This document shows positions 19,355 through 28,849 of a stretch of 64,000 nucleotides of DNA, in pieces. The position numbers and the translations under genes were made by a program. A model generated the notes under the pieces. That model saw nothing but the letters and a program-made list of their open reading frames with translations, ran no database searches and had not been told where the DNA came from. The stretch lies in assembly GCA_039028835.1 (NCBI GenBank), contig JBCCHK010000008.1, positions 6,698 to 70,697 of the forward strand, given 5' to 3'. This DNA comes from Pseudomonadota bacterium. Lineage in GTDB: Bacteria; Pseudomonadota; Alphaproteobacteria; JBCCHK01. Positions within the stretch are counted from its first letter, which is position 1, and the number at the start of each line of letters is the position of its first letter.

Positions 19355-20623
19355 ATGAAAGATAAGCGTGAACAAGGATTTGGCTCTGTTGACCCCATCG
19401 AGGATGACTTTGACCTCTTTGGTGAGGAAACGGTGGCCATCAGCGGGTCCGTGCCGCGAGAGGAGCAGGCGGGCAAGTCTTCTAAGCGAGGGTTGTTCTT
19501 AGCCCTCGGCGGCGTCGTGCTGGGAGTGTTGATCCTGGGAGGTGGGTTTTTTGCCTATCAGCAGCTGAGTGCGCGCTGGGCACTCCAGGCTGAACTCCAG
19601 GCTATTGCTGAGCAAGCTGCCACAGGTGGGGGCACGACAGTTGTGTCTCAAGCAGACACCCAAGCGCAAGGCGGTCAGGACGCGGGACAAACTGGACAAG
19701 CCGTGCAAGATGGCTCTTCCTTGCGCGCCATCGTTGAGGCCCCTCCCGCGCAATGGGACGCGCCAGGAGAAAGCCAAAGCGGGGAAGTGGTTGCGGCGGT
19801 GTCCAGCCAGCCTCAGGTGACTGTAACCGGTCAAGGCGAGGTCTCCTCGGCTGTGATTACGGTGACCAACCAGCGGGATAACGACCGGGAGACCCGGCTC
19901 CGACAAGCGGCGGACACCGGCGAGCCAGAGGCCATGTTTGCGCTGGCGCAATACTATGACCAGGCGGCGCGCCCGGACTATGCCCGCGCCGCCCAATGGT
20001 ATCGCCGCGCGGGCGAGGCGGGGATCCCGGCGGCGGATTACCGTTTGGGGGAGATGCTACGGGAAGGGCGCGGGGTGGCGCGCAGTGATTCCGATGCTTT
20101 TGATGCGTTCTTGCGCGCCGGTCAGAGCGGCCACGATCAAGCGCAACTGGAGGTCGGGCGTGCCTATCGTCGCGGCTTCGGGGTGGATGCGGATCCGGTT
20201 CTGGCCGCGAACTGGTTTCAAATCGCACTGGGCAACGGCATGACCGATGCAGCGTTAGAGCTTGGCAAACTGTTTGAGGAAGGAGTCGGCGAGGGGGCGG
20301 ACTATGATGCAGCCTTGGGCTGGTACCAGTACGCCGCCCGTAGCGGCGTGATCGGTGCCCAGGCCGAGGCGGACCGGCTGGTGGCCCAGCAAGGTGCTCT
20401 GCCCCGCGAGGCCGAGCGTCCCCTCTCGGCGCAGGAGATTGCCGAGGTGCAGGCATTGCTCAATCAGCTGGGCTTTACGGCCGGCCCTGCCGATGGCCAG
20501 CCTGGCCCGCGTACCCGCCAGGCGATCAACGCCTTTAGTCAATCGCGCGGGGACGCGACCCAGGTGATCGACCGGAGCCTGTTGCGGAGTCTGCGCGCGG
20601 CGGCGCGCGAGGCAGCTTCCTAG
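19355..20623 (+). CDS. Membrane-anchored Sel1-repeat protein with a C-terminal peptidoglycan-binding domain.
   Basis: One TM helix is 'GLFLALGGVVLGVLILGGGFFAY'. There are repeated Sel1 units ('AAQWYRRAGEAG', 'ANWFQIALGNG', 'GWYQYAARSG') and a C-terminal PG_binding_1-like segment 'LNQLGFTAGPADGQPGPRTRQAINAFS'. Confidence 0.6.
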   Translation: MKDKREQGFGSVDPIEDDFDLFGEETVAISGSVPREEQAGKSSKRGLFLALGGVVLGVLILGGGFFAYQQLSARWALQAELQAIAEQAATGGGTTVVSQADTQAQGGQDAGQTGQAVQDGSSLRAIVEAPPAQWDAPGESQSGEVVAAVSSQPQVTVTGQGEVSSAVITVTNQRDNDRETRLRQAADTGEPEAMFALAQYYDQAARPDYARAAQWYRRAGEAGIPAADYRLGEMLREGRGVARSDSDAFDAFLRAGQSGHDQAQLEVGRAYRRGFGVDADPVLAANWFQIALGNGMTDAALELGKLFEEGVGEGADYDAALGWYQYAARSGVIGAQAEADRLVAQQGALPREAERPLSAQEIAEVQALLNQLGFTAGPADGQPGPRTRQAINAFSQSRGDATQVIDRSLLRSLRAAAREAAS

Positions 20624-20698
20624 CCTTAGTCCTGATCTCGCCCTTGATCTCGCCTCCTCCCTGAGCGGGTTCTCGATCCCCTTAATCTTCTTGATCCT

Positions 20699-20803
20699 CT
20701 TGATGAACTGGGGGACTATGGGGCGCGTGGGCCTGTAGTTCAGCGGTAGAACCCGCCGCTCATAACGGTGTTGTCGCAGGTTCGAATCCTGCCGGGCCCA
20801 CCA
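20699..20803 (+). repeat. Left copy of an ~105-bp imperfect direct repeat (tRNA-Met plus ~30 bp of leader). It brackets the nar island.
   Basis: 'tcttgatgaactgggggactatggggcgcgtgg...ttcgaatcctgccgggccc' is ~88% identical to the segment at 32710-32814. Confidence 0.7.
20729..20803 (+). tRNA. tRNA-Met (anticodon CAT), elongator type.
   Basis: A manually folded cloverleaf fits: acceptor GGGCCTG/CGGGCCC, U8A9, D-arm GTTC-AGCGGTA-GAAC, anticodon loop CTCATAA, T-arm GCAGG-TTCGAAT-CCTGC, discriminator A and encoded CCA. The paired 1:72 position argues against an initiator. Confidence 0.8.
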
Positions 20804-20822
20804 TGAAGCTTTTCAAAGAAGG

Positions 20823-20852
20823 TTTGTGCCTTAAAGTCCGCCATTCTCTGGC
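20823..20852 (+). terminator. Rho-independent terminator downstream of tRNA-Met.
   Basis: The hairpin CCGCCAttctcTGGCGG is followed by GGCTGTTTT. Confidence 0.5.
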
Positions 20853-21208
20853 GGGGCTGTTTTGTCGTTGACGGGTTTGCCCGGCAGAATCTAGCTATTT
20901 CTACGAATTTCATGATGATCTGGTGCCCATGCCGTTAAACGGCCCTCCCGCCAGGTTTATTCCTTTGCTGAAGTTGCGGCATTCATGGGGTGGCAGGTTG
21001 AGCGGATCATGATCTGCTGTCTGCGGTTTTAGCGTTATTGCACCTTTGTATGATCGGCGGATTGTGCAAGGAATAGAAAAGATATGATTTGAATAGTTTG
21101 TCGTAATTTTTATCGTATGTACAACGATACACGGTGTTGCCTAATCGATTATTATTTTATTGATATTTCTCCGTTCGTCTTTTCTATCTGCTCTATGTAT
21201 GCTGATTT

Positions 21209-22015
21209 TTAATAACGGATGCCTGCATGCGTAGGGCAGTGCGGGCAATCTTCCTTTGTTGCCAGGGTGCATTCATGCGCCGTATCCAAGTCGCAGAAAT
21301 GACAGAGCGCATAAGCGTCTTTCAAGCGAATTTTTTCACCTTTAATATCAATCCCCATTTTCTTGATTTGCGAAAGTGCACGGGAAAACGTTTCCGGGGT
21401 CATGCCCAGGTGATTGGCAATCGTTGATTTCTTAAATGGTAGCTCAAACTCCATGGTGTCTGAGTTTTGGGTGTCTGAGTTTTGGGTGTCTGAGTTTTGT
21501 TCCATGTGCTTTTGCAAGAAATAATATCCCACCCGTTGAACCGGTGATTTGATGGCCATGGCATCGATTTGGTGCATCGCGGTTTTATAGTGGTGTGTCA
21601 CAATTTTGAGCAGATTAGTCGCGAATTGATGATCTTGCAAAACGAATCTTTTAATAAACCCTCCTGGAATGAGCATGAGCTGGGCATCATCAACGACCTG
21701 AACCGCAATGGGTGACGGGCCACGCATAAAGAGCACAGCTTCCATACAAACCTCTCCTTGTCCAAGCATACGTATGGTGGCCTCACCACCATCTCTATTG
21801 GCTCTCAGCGTTCTTAACCGCCCTTCAACAATAAAATAGACATGCGTGGGTTGATCGCCTTGTTGTACGAGAAGGTGTCCGGCTTTGTAGTCCTGAAGGG
21901 TAGAGCTTTCCAGTATCTGCTGCAGAGCTTTCTCACTCAATCCTGTGAACAATTGAGGCTTTTTGCTGAGCTCAGCAAAGTTCCGAGGTTTCGCTATCGT
22001 GCTGTTTTTAATCAT
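21209..22015 (-). CDS. Crp/Fnr-family transcriptional regulator with a C-terminal cysteine cluster (NarR/Fnr-like).
   Basis: A cNMP-binding β-roll ('YFIVEGRLRT', 'GQGEVCMEAV') and an HTH ('KSTIANHLGMTPETFSRALSQ') are present. There are no N-terminal Cys residues. The C-terminal tail 'CHFCDLDTAHECTLATKEDCPHCP' has five Cys. A QNSDT tandem repeat sits in the linker. Confidence 0.75.
   Translation of the reverse strand: MIKNSTIAKPRNFAELSKKPQLFTGLSEKALQQILESSTLQDYKAGHLLVQQGDQPTHVYFIVEGRLRTLRANRDGGEATIRMLGQGEVCMEAVLFMRGPSPIAVQVVDDAQLMLIPGGFIKRFVLQDHQFATNLLKIVTHHYKTAMHQIDAMAIKSPVQRVGYYFLQKHMEQNSDTQNSDTQNSDTMEFELPFKKSTIANHLGMTPETFSRALSQIKKMGIDIKGEKIRLKDAYALCHFCDLDTAHECTLATKEDCPHCPTHAGIRY
21456..21500 (-). 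repeat. Perfect 15-bp tandem repeat ×3 (gtgtctgagttttgg) inside the Crp/Fnr gene. It encodes (QNSDT)3 in frame.
   Basis: Read directly: units at 21456-21470, 21471-21485 and 21486-21500, the last with one mismatch. Confidence 0.9.
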
Positions 22016-22063
22016 AGTTTATTGATTGCGCCACAAAAAAGATTCTTCTTAATTTGCATCAAC

Positions 22064-22077
22064 TTGATTTGAATCAA
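22064..22077. promoter_or_regulatory. Consensus FNR/Anr box TTGAT-N4-ATCAA in the divergent fnr-like/narK promoter.
   Basis: 'TTGATTTGAATCAA' is an exact match to the E. coli FNR consensus half-sites. It lies ~95 bp upstream of the narK start codon. Confidence 0.6.
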
Positions 22078-22145
22078 TTTCAACGTGCTCCAATCATGCC
22101 AAAAAACCTGTAATGATCAAGAAATAAGACGTATTTACAGGTCTT

Positions 22146-25094
22146 ATGCAAACAGGAGAGAGCAATGCCATGGTCACAAAGTCAGAACAAACACGGGCTC
22201 TGAGTTTAAGCACCTTTGCCTTTACCGCATGTTTTGCTGTTTGGACTATTTTTTCCATTATCGGCATTCAGATTAAGAGCGATTTGGGCCTCAATGATAC
22301 GCAGTTTGGCCTATTAGTCGCGACCCCGGTTCTCACGGGATCTTTAAGCCGTCTGCTTTTAGGGATTTGGGCAGACCAGTATGGCGGGCGCATTGTTTTT
22401 ACGCTGACAATGCTTGCCTCAGCATTATCGACGTGGCTTTTGTCCTCTGCCAACACTTACGAGATATTCTTGGTTGGCGCTTTGGGCGTTGGTTTGGCTG
22501 GCGGCGGGTTTGCCGTCGGCGTGGCCTATGTATCGCAATGGTATACGAAGGAAAAGCAAGGCACGGCCCTGGGGATTTTTGGTGTTGGTAATGTCGGGGC
22601 AGCCTTTACTAATTTTGGCGCGCCGTTTTTGTTAATCGCTTTAGGATGGGAAGGTACGGCCAGAGTCTACGCCATCATGCTTGCGATTGTTGCTCTCTTT
22701 TTCTTTGTCCTTACCAAGGATGATCCCAAGCTGGCGGTGCGCAAGAAAAATAAAGAAAAACCGCGCTCTGTTCTAGCGCAAATGGAGCCTTTGAAAAAAC
22801 TACAGGTCTGGCGGTTCTCGCTCTATTACTTTTTTGTTTTCGGGGCTTTTGTAGCGTTAGCGTTGTGGTTGCCGCGCTATTATGTCGGTGTTTATGGTCT
22901 GGATATTAAAATGGCCGGTATGTTGGCAGCCGCTTATGCGTTGCCGGGTTCGATTTTCCGAGCTCTGGGTGGATGGATGTCGGATCGCTACGGTGCACGG
23001 GCGGTCATGTATTGGACATTTATAGCTTGTGTGTTGGTTTGTTTTTTTCTTTCTTATCCCTATACGACCTATATCGTGCAAGGAGTTGAAGGGCCGATCC
23101 AGTTTGAGTTTGGCGTCAATCTGCCGACCTTTGTCGCGCTGACGGTTATTCTTGGTTTCTTTATGTCCTTGGGTAAAGCTGCGGTTTATAAGCATATTCC
23201 GGTTTACTACCCAGAGCATGTGGGTGCTGTCGGCGGGGTTGTCGGTTTGGTTGGTGGCTTGGGTGGCTTCTTCTTGCCGATTGTCTTTGGCTTTATGAAT
23301 GATGTGATTGGTGTCTGGACGAGCTGTTTTATGATGCTCTTCGGTATTACGGCATTTGCCCTTTTGTGGATGCATGCATCGATCCTGTTTATGGAAGGCA
23401 CAATCGAGAAACCGAAGTTCTTGCCGGAGCTTAAACTTTCTAAAGCAAAAGAAATAGAAAGTGTTGACAAAGCCACTGAGTTTAAGAATCAAGGGCTGGA
23501 AGACTGGAACCCTGAAAATGAAGAACAGTGGGCGCGTTGGGGTAAGAATGTTGCGTATCGCAATCTCTGGATCTCTATTCCTTCGTTGCTGTGTGGTTTT
23601 GCGGTCTGGCTTTATTGGGGCATCATCACGGTACAGATGCTTAATCTGGGTTTCCCGTTTGCCAAGGCCGATCTCTTCTCACTGATGGCAATCGCGGGCC
23701 TTTCAGGCGCGACATTACGTATCCCTTCGACCTTCTTTATTCGATTGGCGGGCGGGCGCAATACAATTTTTATGACGACGGCGCTATTGATTGTGCCAGC
23801 ACTGGGCGCGGGAATTGCGTTACAAGATCCAAACACACCGCTTTGGATATTCCAGGTATTAGCGCTGCTTTCTGGATTTGGCGGTGGTAACTTTGCATCT
23901 TCTATGTCCAATATCAGCTTTTTCTTTCCGAAGAAAAAGCAAGGTTTGGCATTAGGTCTCAATGCAGGCTTGGGCAACTTTGGTGTCACCACGATGCAGA
24001 TTTTGATCCCGTTGGTGATGACATTCGGTGTTTTTGGTGGCGCACCGATGGTGCTAGAAAGTACAAGCGGTACGCTAATTGGCAAGATTTCTGCCGGCAC
24101 CGATACTTATATTCACAATGCCGGTTTTGTTTGGTTGGTTTTCTTGATCCCCCTTTCTATCGCGGCATGGCTTGGGATGGATAATATCAAGGCCAAACAC
24201 GTGTCGCCGGGACTGGGCGCGCCGCCAATGGCATTTTTCCAGATTGGTGTCATGTTGCTCATCGGCTTAGGTGTTGGCGCCGCCGGGTTGTGGTTAATGT
24301 TGCCAGAAAGTGCCAATGGCTCTGGTTTTGATGTGAGCAAATATATTGTTCTGCCCTTGGTAATTGCCGCGACCGTGATGATACTCAAGATGTTACCAGG
24401 TGACATTGGTAGCAGCCTGAAACGTCAGTATCAAATTTTTAAGCATCCGCATACATGGGTGATGACCGTAATCTATACCATGACTTTCGGTTCCTTCATC
24501 GGGTTTGCTGCATCCTTTCCATTGGCGATCAAAGTGGTGTTTGGTTTCCAGCATGTTGCTGGCCCGGATGGCGTTGTAACCCATGATCTGGCTAACCCAA
24601 ACGGACCAAGTGCTTTGATGTTTGCCTGGATGGGGCCATTTATCGGCGCGTTGATTCGTCCTGTGGGTGGCTGGATTTCTGATCGGATGGGTGGGGCCCT
24701 GGTAACGCAGCTTTGCTCGATCGTGATGGTCGGTTCTACGCTGGGTGCTGCGTATTACATGAAACTTGCTTACGCTTCCGCCACGCCGGAAATCTATTTT
24801 TTGCCGTTCTTGGTGTTATTCCTTTTGCTTTTCACAGCAACCGGGATTGGCAACGGGTCCACGTTTCGCACCATCGCAATCGTGTTTAACAAGGAGCAGA
24901 CTGGCCCGGTACTTGGCTGGACCTCTGCGGTGGCTGCTTATGGTGCCTTCATTATTCCAAAAGTGTTGGGTGAGCAAATCAAGCTCACCACACCGGAAAT
25001 GGCGCTCTATGGCTTTGCAGCTTTCTATGCTCTTTGCGTGATTTTGAATTGGTTTGTTTATCTGCGCCCTGGTGCGAAACACAAAAACCCTTAA
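22146..25094 (+). CDS. narK: Fused two-domain nitrate/nitrite transporter NarK1-NarK2 (tandem MFS).
   Basis: It is 982 aa with about 24 TM segments in two MFS halves. An RBS-supported start is likely at 22170 (aggaga-N9-ATG). It lies immediately upstream of narG. Confidence 0.8.
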   Translation: MQTGESNAMVTKSEQTRALSLSTFAFTACFAVWTIFSIIGIQIKSDLGLNDTQFGLLVATPVLTGSLSRLLLGIWADQYGGRIVFTLTMLASALSTWLLSSANTYEIFLVGALGVGLAGGGFAVGVAYVSQWYTKEKQGTALGIFGVGNVGAAFTNFGAPFLLIALGWEGTARVYAIMLAIVALFFFVLTKDDPKLAVRKKNKEKPRSVLAQMEPLKKLQVWRFSLYYFFVFGAFVALALWLPRYYVGVYGLDIKMAGMLAAAYALPGSIFRALGGWMSDRYGARAVMYWTFIACVLVCFFLSYPYTTYIVQGVEGPIQFEFGVNLPTFVALTVILGFFMSLGKAAVYKHIPVYYPEHVGAVGGVVGLVGGLGGFFLPIVFGFMNDVIGVWTSCFMMLFGITAFALLWMHASILFMEGTIEKPKFLPELKLSKAKEIESVDKATEFKNQGLEDWNPENEEQWARWGKNVAYRNLWISIPSLLCGFAVWLYWGIITVQMLNLGFPFAKADLFSLMAIAGLSGATLRIPSTFFIRLAGGRNTIFMTTALLIVPALGAGIALQDPNTPLWIFQVLALLSGFGGGNFASSMSNISFFFPKKKQGLALGLNAGLGNFGVTTMQILIPLVMTFGVFGGAPMVLESTSGTLIGKISAGTDTYIHNAGFVWLVFLIPLSIAAWLGMDNIKAKHVSPGLGAPPMAFFQIGVMLLIGLGVGAAGLWLMLPESANGSGFDVSKYIVLPLVIAATVMILKMLPGDIGSSLKRQYQIFKHPHTWVMTVIYTMTFGSFIGFAASFPLAIKVVFGFQHVAGPDGVVTHDLANPNGPSALMFAWMGPFIGALIRPVGGWISDRMGGALVTQLCSIVMVGSTLGAAYYMKLAYASATPEIYFLPFLVLFLLLFTATGIGNGSTFRTIAIVFNKEQTGPVLGWTSAVAAYGAFIIPKVLGEQIKLTTPEMALYGFAAFYALCVILNWFVYLRPGAKHKNP

Positions 25095-25108
25095 GAGGAT
25101 ATAAAAAG

Positions 25109-28100
25109 ATGAGCTATTTCATCGACCGTATTTCATACTTTGCTCAAAGCCGTGAAAAGTTTTCTGATGGCCATGGCGTCACCACACAAGAAAACCGAGT
25201 TTGGGAAGAGGCGTACCGTGGTCGCTGGGCGCATGACAAAATTGTGCGCTCTACCCATGGCGTGAACTGTACAGGCTCTTGCTCTTGGAAAATCTATGTC
25301 AAAAACGGATTAATTACGTGGGAAACGCAGCAAACAGATTATCCGCGAACACGTCCCGGTTTGCCAAACCATGAGCCACGGGGCTGTTCACGTGGGGCAA
25401 GCTATAGTTGGTATATCTATGCTGCTAATCGCCTGAAATATCCGTTGATCCGCAAGCGTCTTTTGAAGATGTGGCGGCGCATGAAAGCGCAGCATGGCGA
25501 TCCTGTAGAGACATGGAAAGCCATTCAAGCCGATCCGATTTTGCGCACTGAATATCAAAAACTTCGTGGGCGGGGCGGATTTGTTCGTGCTGAGTGGGAT
25601 GAGGTGAACGAAATCATTGCAGCGTCCAACATTCACACAATTAAGGAGCATGGGCCGGATCGTGTTATCGGATTTTCCCCCATTCCGGCCATGTCGATGG
25701 TGTCGTATGCGGCTGGCTCGCGCTACCTTTCGTTGATTGGTGGTGTATGTATGAGTTTTTATGACTGGTACTGCGATTTGCCGCCAGCCTCGCCGATGAC
25801 ATGGGGTGAACAAACCGACGTTCCGGAAAGCGCAGATTGGTATAACTCAGGCTTTATTATGATGTGGGGCTCTAACGTTCCGCAAACAAGAACGCCTGAT
25901 GCACACTTTATGACTGAGGCGCGCTATAAGGGGACGCAAGTGGTCACAATCACGCCGGATTATTCGGAAGCCTCTAAGTTTGGCGATATCTGGCTCAACC
26001 CGAAACAGGGTACGGATGCGGCCGTTGGCATGGCGATGGGGCATGTGATTCTCAAAGAGTTCCACCTTGAAAATACGTCTGAATATTTTGACGACTATAC
26101 CCGTCAATACTCCGATTTCCCCTTCCTTGTGAAACTAGAGAAACGCGACGGGCGTTATGTGCCGGGTCGTATGGTGCGCGCTTCTGATTTTGAGGGCGCT
26201 TTGGGGCAAAAAAACAACCCTCAATGGAAAACGGTTTGCCTGGATGAAAAAACAGGCACTCTCGTTGTTCCCACCGGTTCCATCGGTTTTCGCTGGGGTG
26301 AAGATGAGAAGAAAACCGGGCAATGGAACATTGCGCCCCTCGATTCCAAAACCAAGAAAGAGATTCGTCCGCAAAAGACTTTGCTCGGCTCTCATGATGA
26401 AGTTCTCACTGTGGGCTTCCCATACTTTGCCAACGCTGAGCATGAGCATGGTTATTTTGCAGGTAATCAACAAGATGAGATTTTAGATCGTCATCTGCCC
26501 GTCAAGTATCTGGAGATTAATGGCGAGAATGTACCAGTTGTGACGGTCTTTGATCTGGTTTGTGCGAATTACGGTATCGCTCGTGAGGGGCTTGGTGGCG
26601 ATAATGTGGCCTCACGCTACGATGAGAACGTGCCGTATACGCCGAAATGGCAGGAACGGATCACCGGTGTTCCCGCGGATAACATTACCTACGTCGCGCG
26701 TGCCTTTGCTGATAATGCGGATAAGACCAAAGGTAAATCGATGATTATCATCGGCGCGGCGATGAATCACTGGTATCACATGGATATGAATTATCGAGCA
26801 TGCATCAACATGCTCGTATTCTGTGGCTGTGTTGGTCAATCGGGCGGTGGTTGGTCGCATTACGTAGGGCAGGAAAAACTGCGACCACAGACCGGATGGC
26901 TGCCGCTTGCGTTCGCGCTGGACTGGAACCGTCCACCGCGCCAGCAAAACTCAACCTCGTTCTTTTATGCGCATACAGATCAGTGGCGTTATGAAACGTT
27001 GGGCGTGGATGAGATTTTGTCGCCGACAGCAGACAGATCGCGCTGGCAAGGTTCGCTGATTGATTGCAATATCCGCGCCGAGCGTATGGGTTGGTTGCCC
27101 TCCGCACCACAGCTGGAGGAAAACCCGATTGGGCTTGTCAAGAAGGCTGGCAAGAAAAATCCAGTCGAGTATGTCACAGAGCGTCTCTCCCGTGGCGATT
27201 TGCGCATGTCCTGCGAGGATCCAGATCATCCAGCAAACTGGCCGCGTAATTTATTTGTCTGGCGTTCGAACCTCTTGGGTTCTTCGGGTAAAGGGCATGA
27301 GTATTTCCTCAAGCATTTTCTAGGGACACAGCACGGTGTGCAGGGCAAGGACCTCGGTGAAGAAGGAAAAAGCGCGTCCAGGGATGTCGTCTGGCATGAT
27401 AAAGCGCCGGAGGGAAAACTTGATCTGGTGGTCACCCTCGACTTTCGGATGTCTACGACATGTATGTATTCTGATATCGTTCTACCGACGGCGAGTTGGT
27501 ATGAGAAGAATGATCTCAATACCTCGGACATGCACCCTTTTATTCACCCGCTGTCTAAGGCCATTGACCCAGTATGGCAGAGCCGCAGTGACTGGGATAT
27601 TTACAAAGGATTAGCAAAGAAGTTCTCCGAGCTTGCACCAGGTCATCTGGGGATCGAAAAAGAAATCGTCCTCACGCCCATCCAGCATGATACACCGGGC
27701 GAACTTGCGCAAAACGATGTGAAAGAGTGGCGTAAAGGGCAGTGCGATCTTGTGCCCGGCGTAACCGCGCCTGCCATGAAAGTGGTGGAGCGAGATTATC
27801 CGGCAACGTATGAGCGTTTTACCTCTCTTGGCCCGCTCATGGAAACGTTGGGTAATGGCGGTAAGGGCATTGGTTGGAATACCAGCCAGGAGGTGGCTTT
27901 CCTGAAAGCTCTGAATGGTGAAAATAGACAAAATTGCGCAAACATCCAAAGTGATATTGATGCTTGCGAAACGGTGATGACCTTAGCGCCGGAAACCAAT
28001 GGTGATGTGGCTGTCAAGGCGTGGGAGGCTTTGGGTAAAATTACGGGCCGTGACCATACCCATTTGGCGCTGCCGAAAAAAGAAGAAAAAATCCGCTTCC

Positions 28101-28849
28101 ACGACATTCAGGCGCAACCGCGTAAAATTATCTCATCACCCACATGGAGTGGGCTGGAATCCGAGCACGTTTGTTATAATGCAGGTTATACCAACGTGCA
28201 CGAATATATCCCTTGGCGCACACTGACCGGGCGACAACAGCTTTACCAGGATCACCCGTGGATGCTGGATTTTGGCGAGGGACTGGTTTCCTATAAACCG
28301 CCGATCAATACGGCAACGATCCACACCATGCTCGAAAAGCATGGTGGTGAGGATACCCCGCATGTGACGCTCAACTTTATTACACCGCACCAGAAATGGG
28401 GTATTCACTCGACCTATTCTGACAATTTACACATGCTCACGCTTTCCCGTGGCGGGCCAATTGTTTGGATGAGTGAAAACGATGCTAAAAAAGTAGCGAT
28501 CAAAGATAATGACTGGGTTGAAGTCTTCAATACCAATGGGGCCATTACCGCGCGGGCAGTGGTATCTCAACGTGTCAATGACGGGATGCTGCTCATGTAT
28601 CACGCACAGGAAAAAATCGTCAATACACCGGGCAGTAAAATCACCAACGCCCGTGGCGGCATTCATAACTCTGTGACACGGGCAACGGTTAAGCCGACTC
28701 ATATGATCGGGGCGTATGCACAACAATCATACGGCTTTAACTATTATGGCACAGTGGGATCAAACCGTGATGAGTTCGTGATTGTACGCAAGATTGAAGA
28801 TCAGGATATCGACTGGATGGAAGAACCATTAAAGGCGGTAGAACAATGA
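25109..28849 (+). CDS. narG: Respiratory nitrate reductase alpha subunit.
   Basis: The N-terminal FeS0 motif 'HGVNCTGSCSWKIY' (H-x3-C-x3-C) is present, and the ~1246-aa size fits. The start was moved to 'MSYFIDR' with the RBS aagagga. Confidence 0.9.
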   Translation: MSYFIDRISYFAQSREKFSDGHGVTTQENRVWEEAYRGRWAHDKIVRSTHGVNCTGSCSWKIYVKNGLITWETQQTDYPRTRPGLPNHEPRGCSRGASYSWYIYAANRLKYPLIRKRLLKMWRRMKAQHGDPVETWKAIQADPILRTEYQKLRGRGGFVRAEWDEVNEIIAASNIHTIKEHGPDRVIGFSPIPAMSMVSYAAGSRYLSLIGGVCMSFYDWYCDLPPASPMTWGEQTDVPESADWYNSGFIMMWGSNVPQTRTPDAHFMTEARYKGTQVVTITPDYSEASKFGDIWLNPKQGTDAAVGMAMGHVILKEFHLENTSEYFDDYTRQYSDFPFLVKLEKRDGRYVPGRMVRASDFEGALGQKNNPQWKTVCLDEKTGTLVVPTGSIGFRWGEDEKKTGQWNIAPLDSKTKKEIRPQKTLLGSHDEVLTVGFPYFANAEHEHGYFAGNQQDEILDRHLPVKYLEINGENVPVVTVFDLVCANYGIAREGLGGDNVASRYDENVPYTPKWQERITGVPADNITYVARAFADNADKTKGKSMIIIGAAMNHWYHMDMNYRACINMLVFCGCVGQSGGGWSHYVGQEKLRPQTGWLPLAFALDWNRPPRQQNSTSFFYAHTDQWRYETLGVDEILSPTADRSRWQGSLIDCNIRAERMGWLPSAPQLEENPIGLVKKAGKKNPVEYVTERLSRGDLRMSCEDPDHPANWPRNLFVWRSNLLGSSGKGHEYFLKHFLGTQHGVQGKDLGEEGKSASRDVVWHDKAPEGKLDLVVTLDFRMSTTCMYSDIVLPTASWYEKNDLNTSDMHPFIHPLSKAIDPVWQSRSDWDIYKGLAKKFSELAPGHLGIEKEIVLTPIQHDTPGELAQNDVKEWRKGQCDLVPGVTAPAMKVVERDYPATYERFTSLGPLMETLGNGGKGIGWNTSQEVAFLKALNGENRQNCANIQSDIDACETVMTLAPETNGDVAVKAWEALGKITGRDHTHLALPKKEEKIRFHDIQAQPRKIISSPTWSGLESEHVCYNAGYTNVHEYIPWRTLTGRQQLYQDHPWMLDFGEGLVSYKPPINTATIHTMLEKHGGEDTPHVTLNFITPHQKWGIHSTYSDNLHMLTLSRGGPIVWMSENDAKKVAIKDNDWVEVFNTNGAITARAVVSQRVNDGMLLMYHAQEKIVNTPGSKITNARGGIHNSVTRATVKPTHMIGAYAQQSYGFNYYGTVGSNRDEFVIVRKIEDQDIDWMEEPLKAVEQ

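Noticed and set aside
19857-20456. A 199-aa minus-strand ORF rich in Pro, Arg and Ser, antisense to the Sel1-repeat gene.
   Set aside because: Its composition is typical of a reverse-frame artefact in high-GC DNA. It is fully contained in, and opposite to, a gene with clear domain structure.
20729-20803. The possibility that the first tRNA-Met is an initiator tRNA or tRNA-Ile2 (lysidine).
   Set aside because: The 1:72 position is a G:C pair and the anticodon stem lacks the three consecutive G:C pairs of initiators. Ile2 identity cannot be excluded by eye, but the elongator Met call is the default.
25034-25108. A narG N-terminal extension 'MRDFELVCLSAPWCETQKPLRGYKK' overlapping the narK 3' end.
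   Set aside because: The canonical NarG start 'MSYFIDR' with a good RBS (aagagga) lies at 25109. The extension is out of character for NarG.
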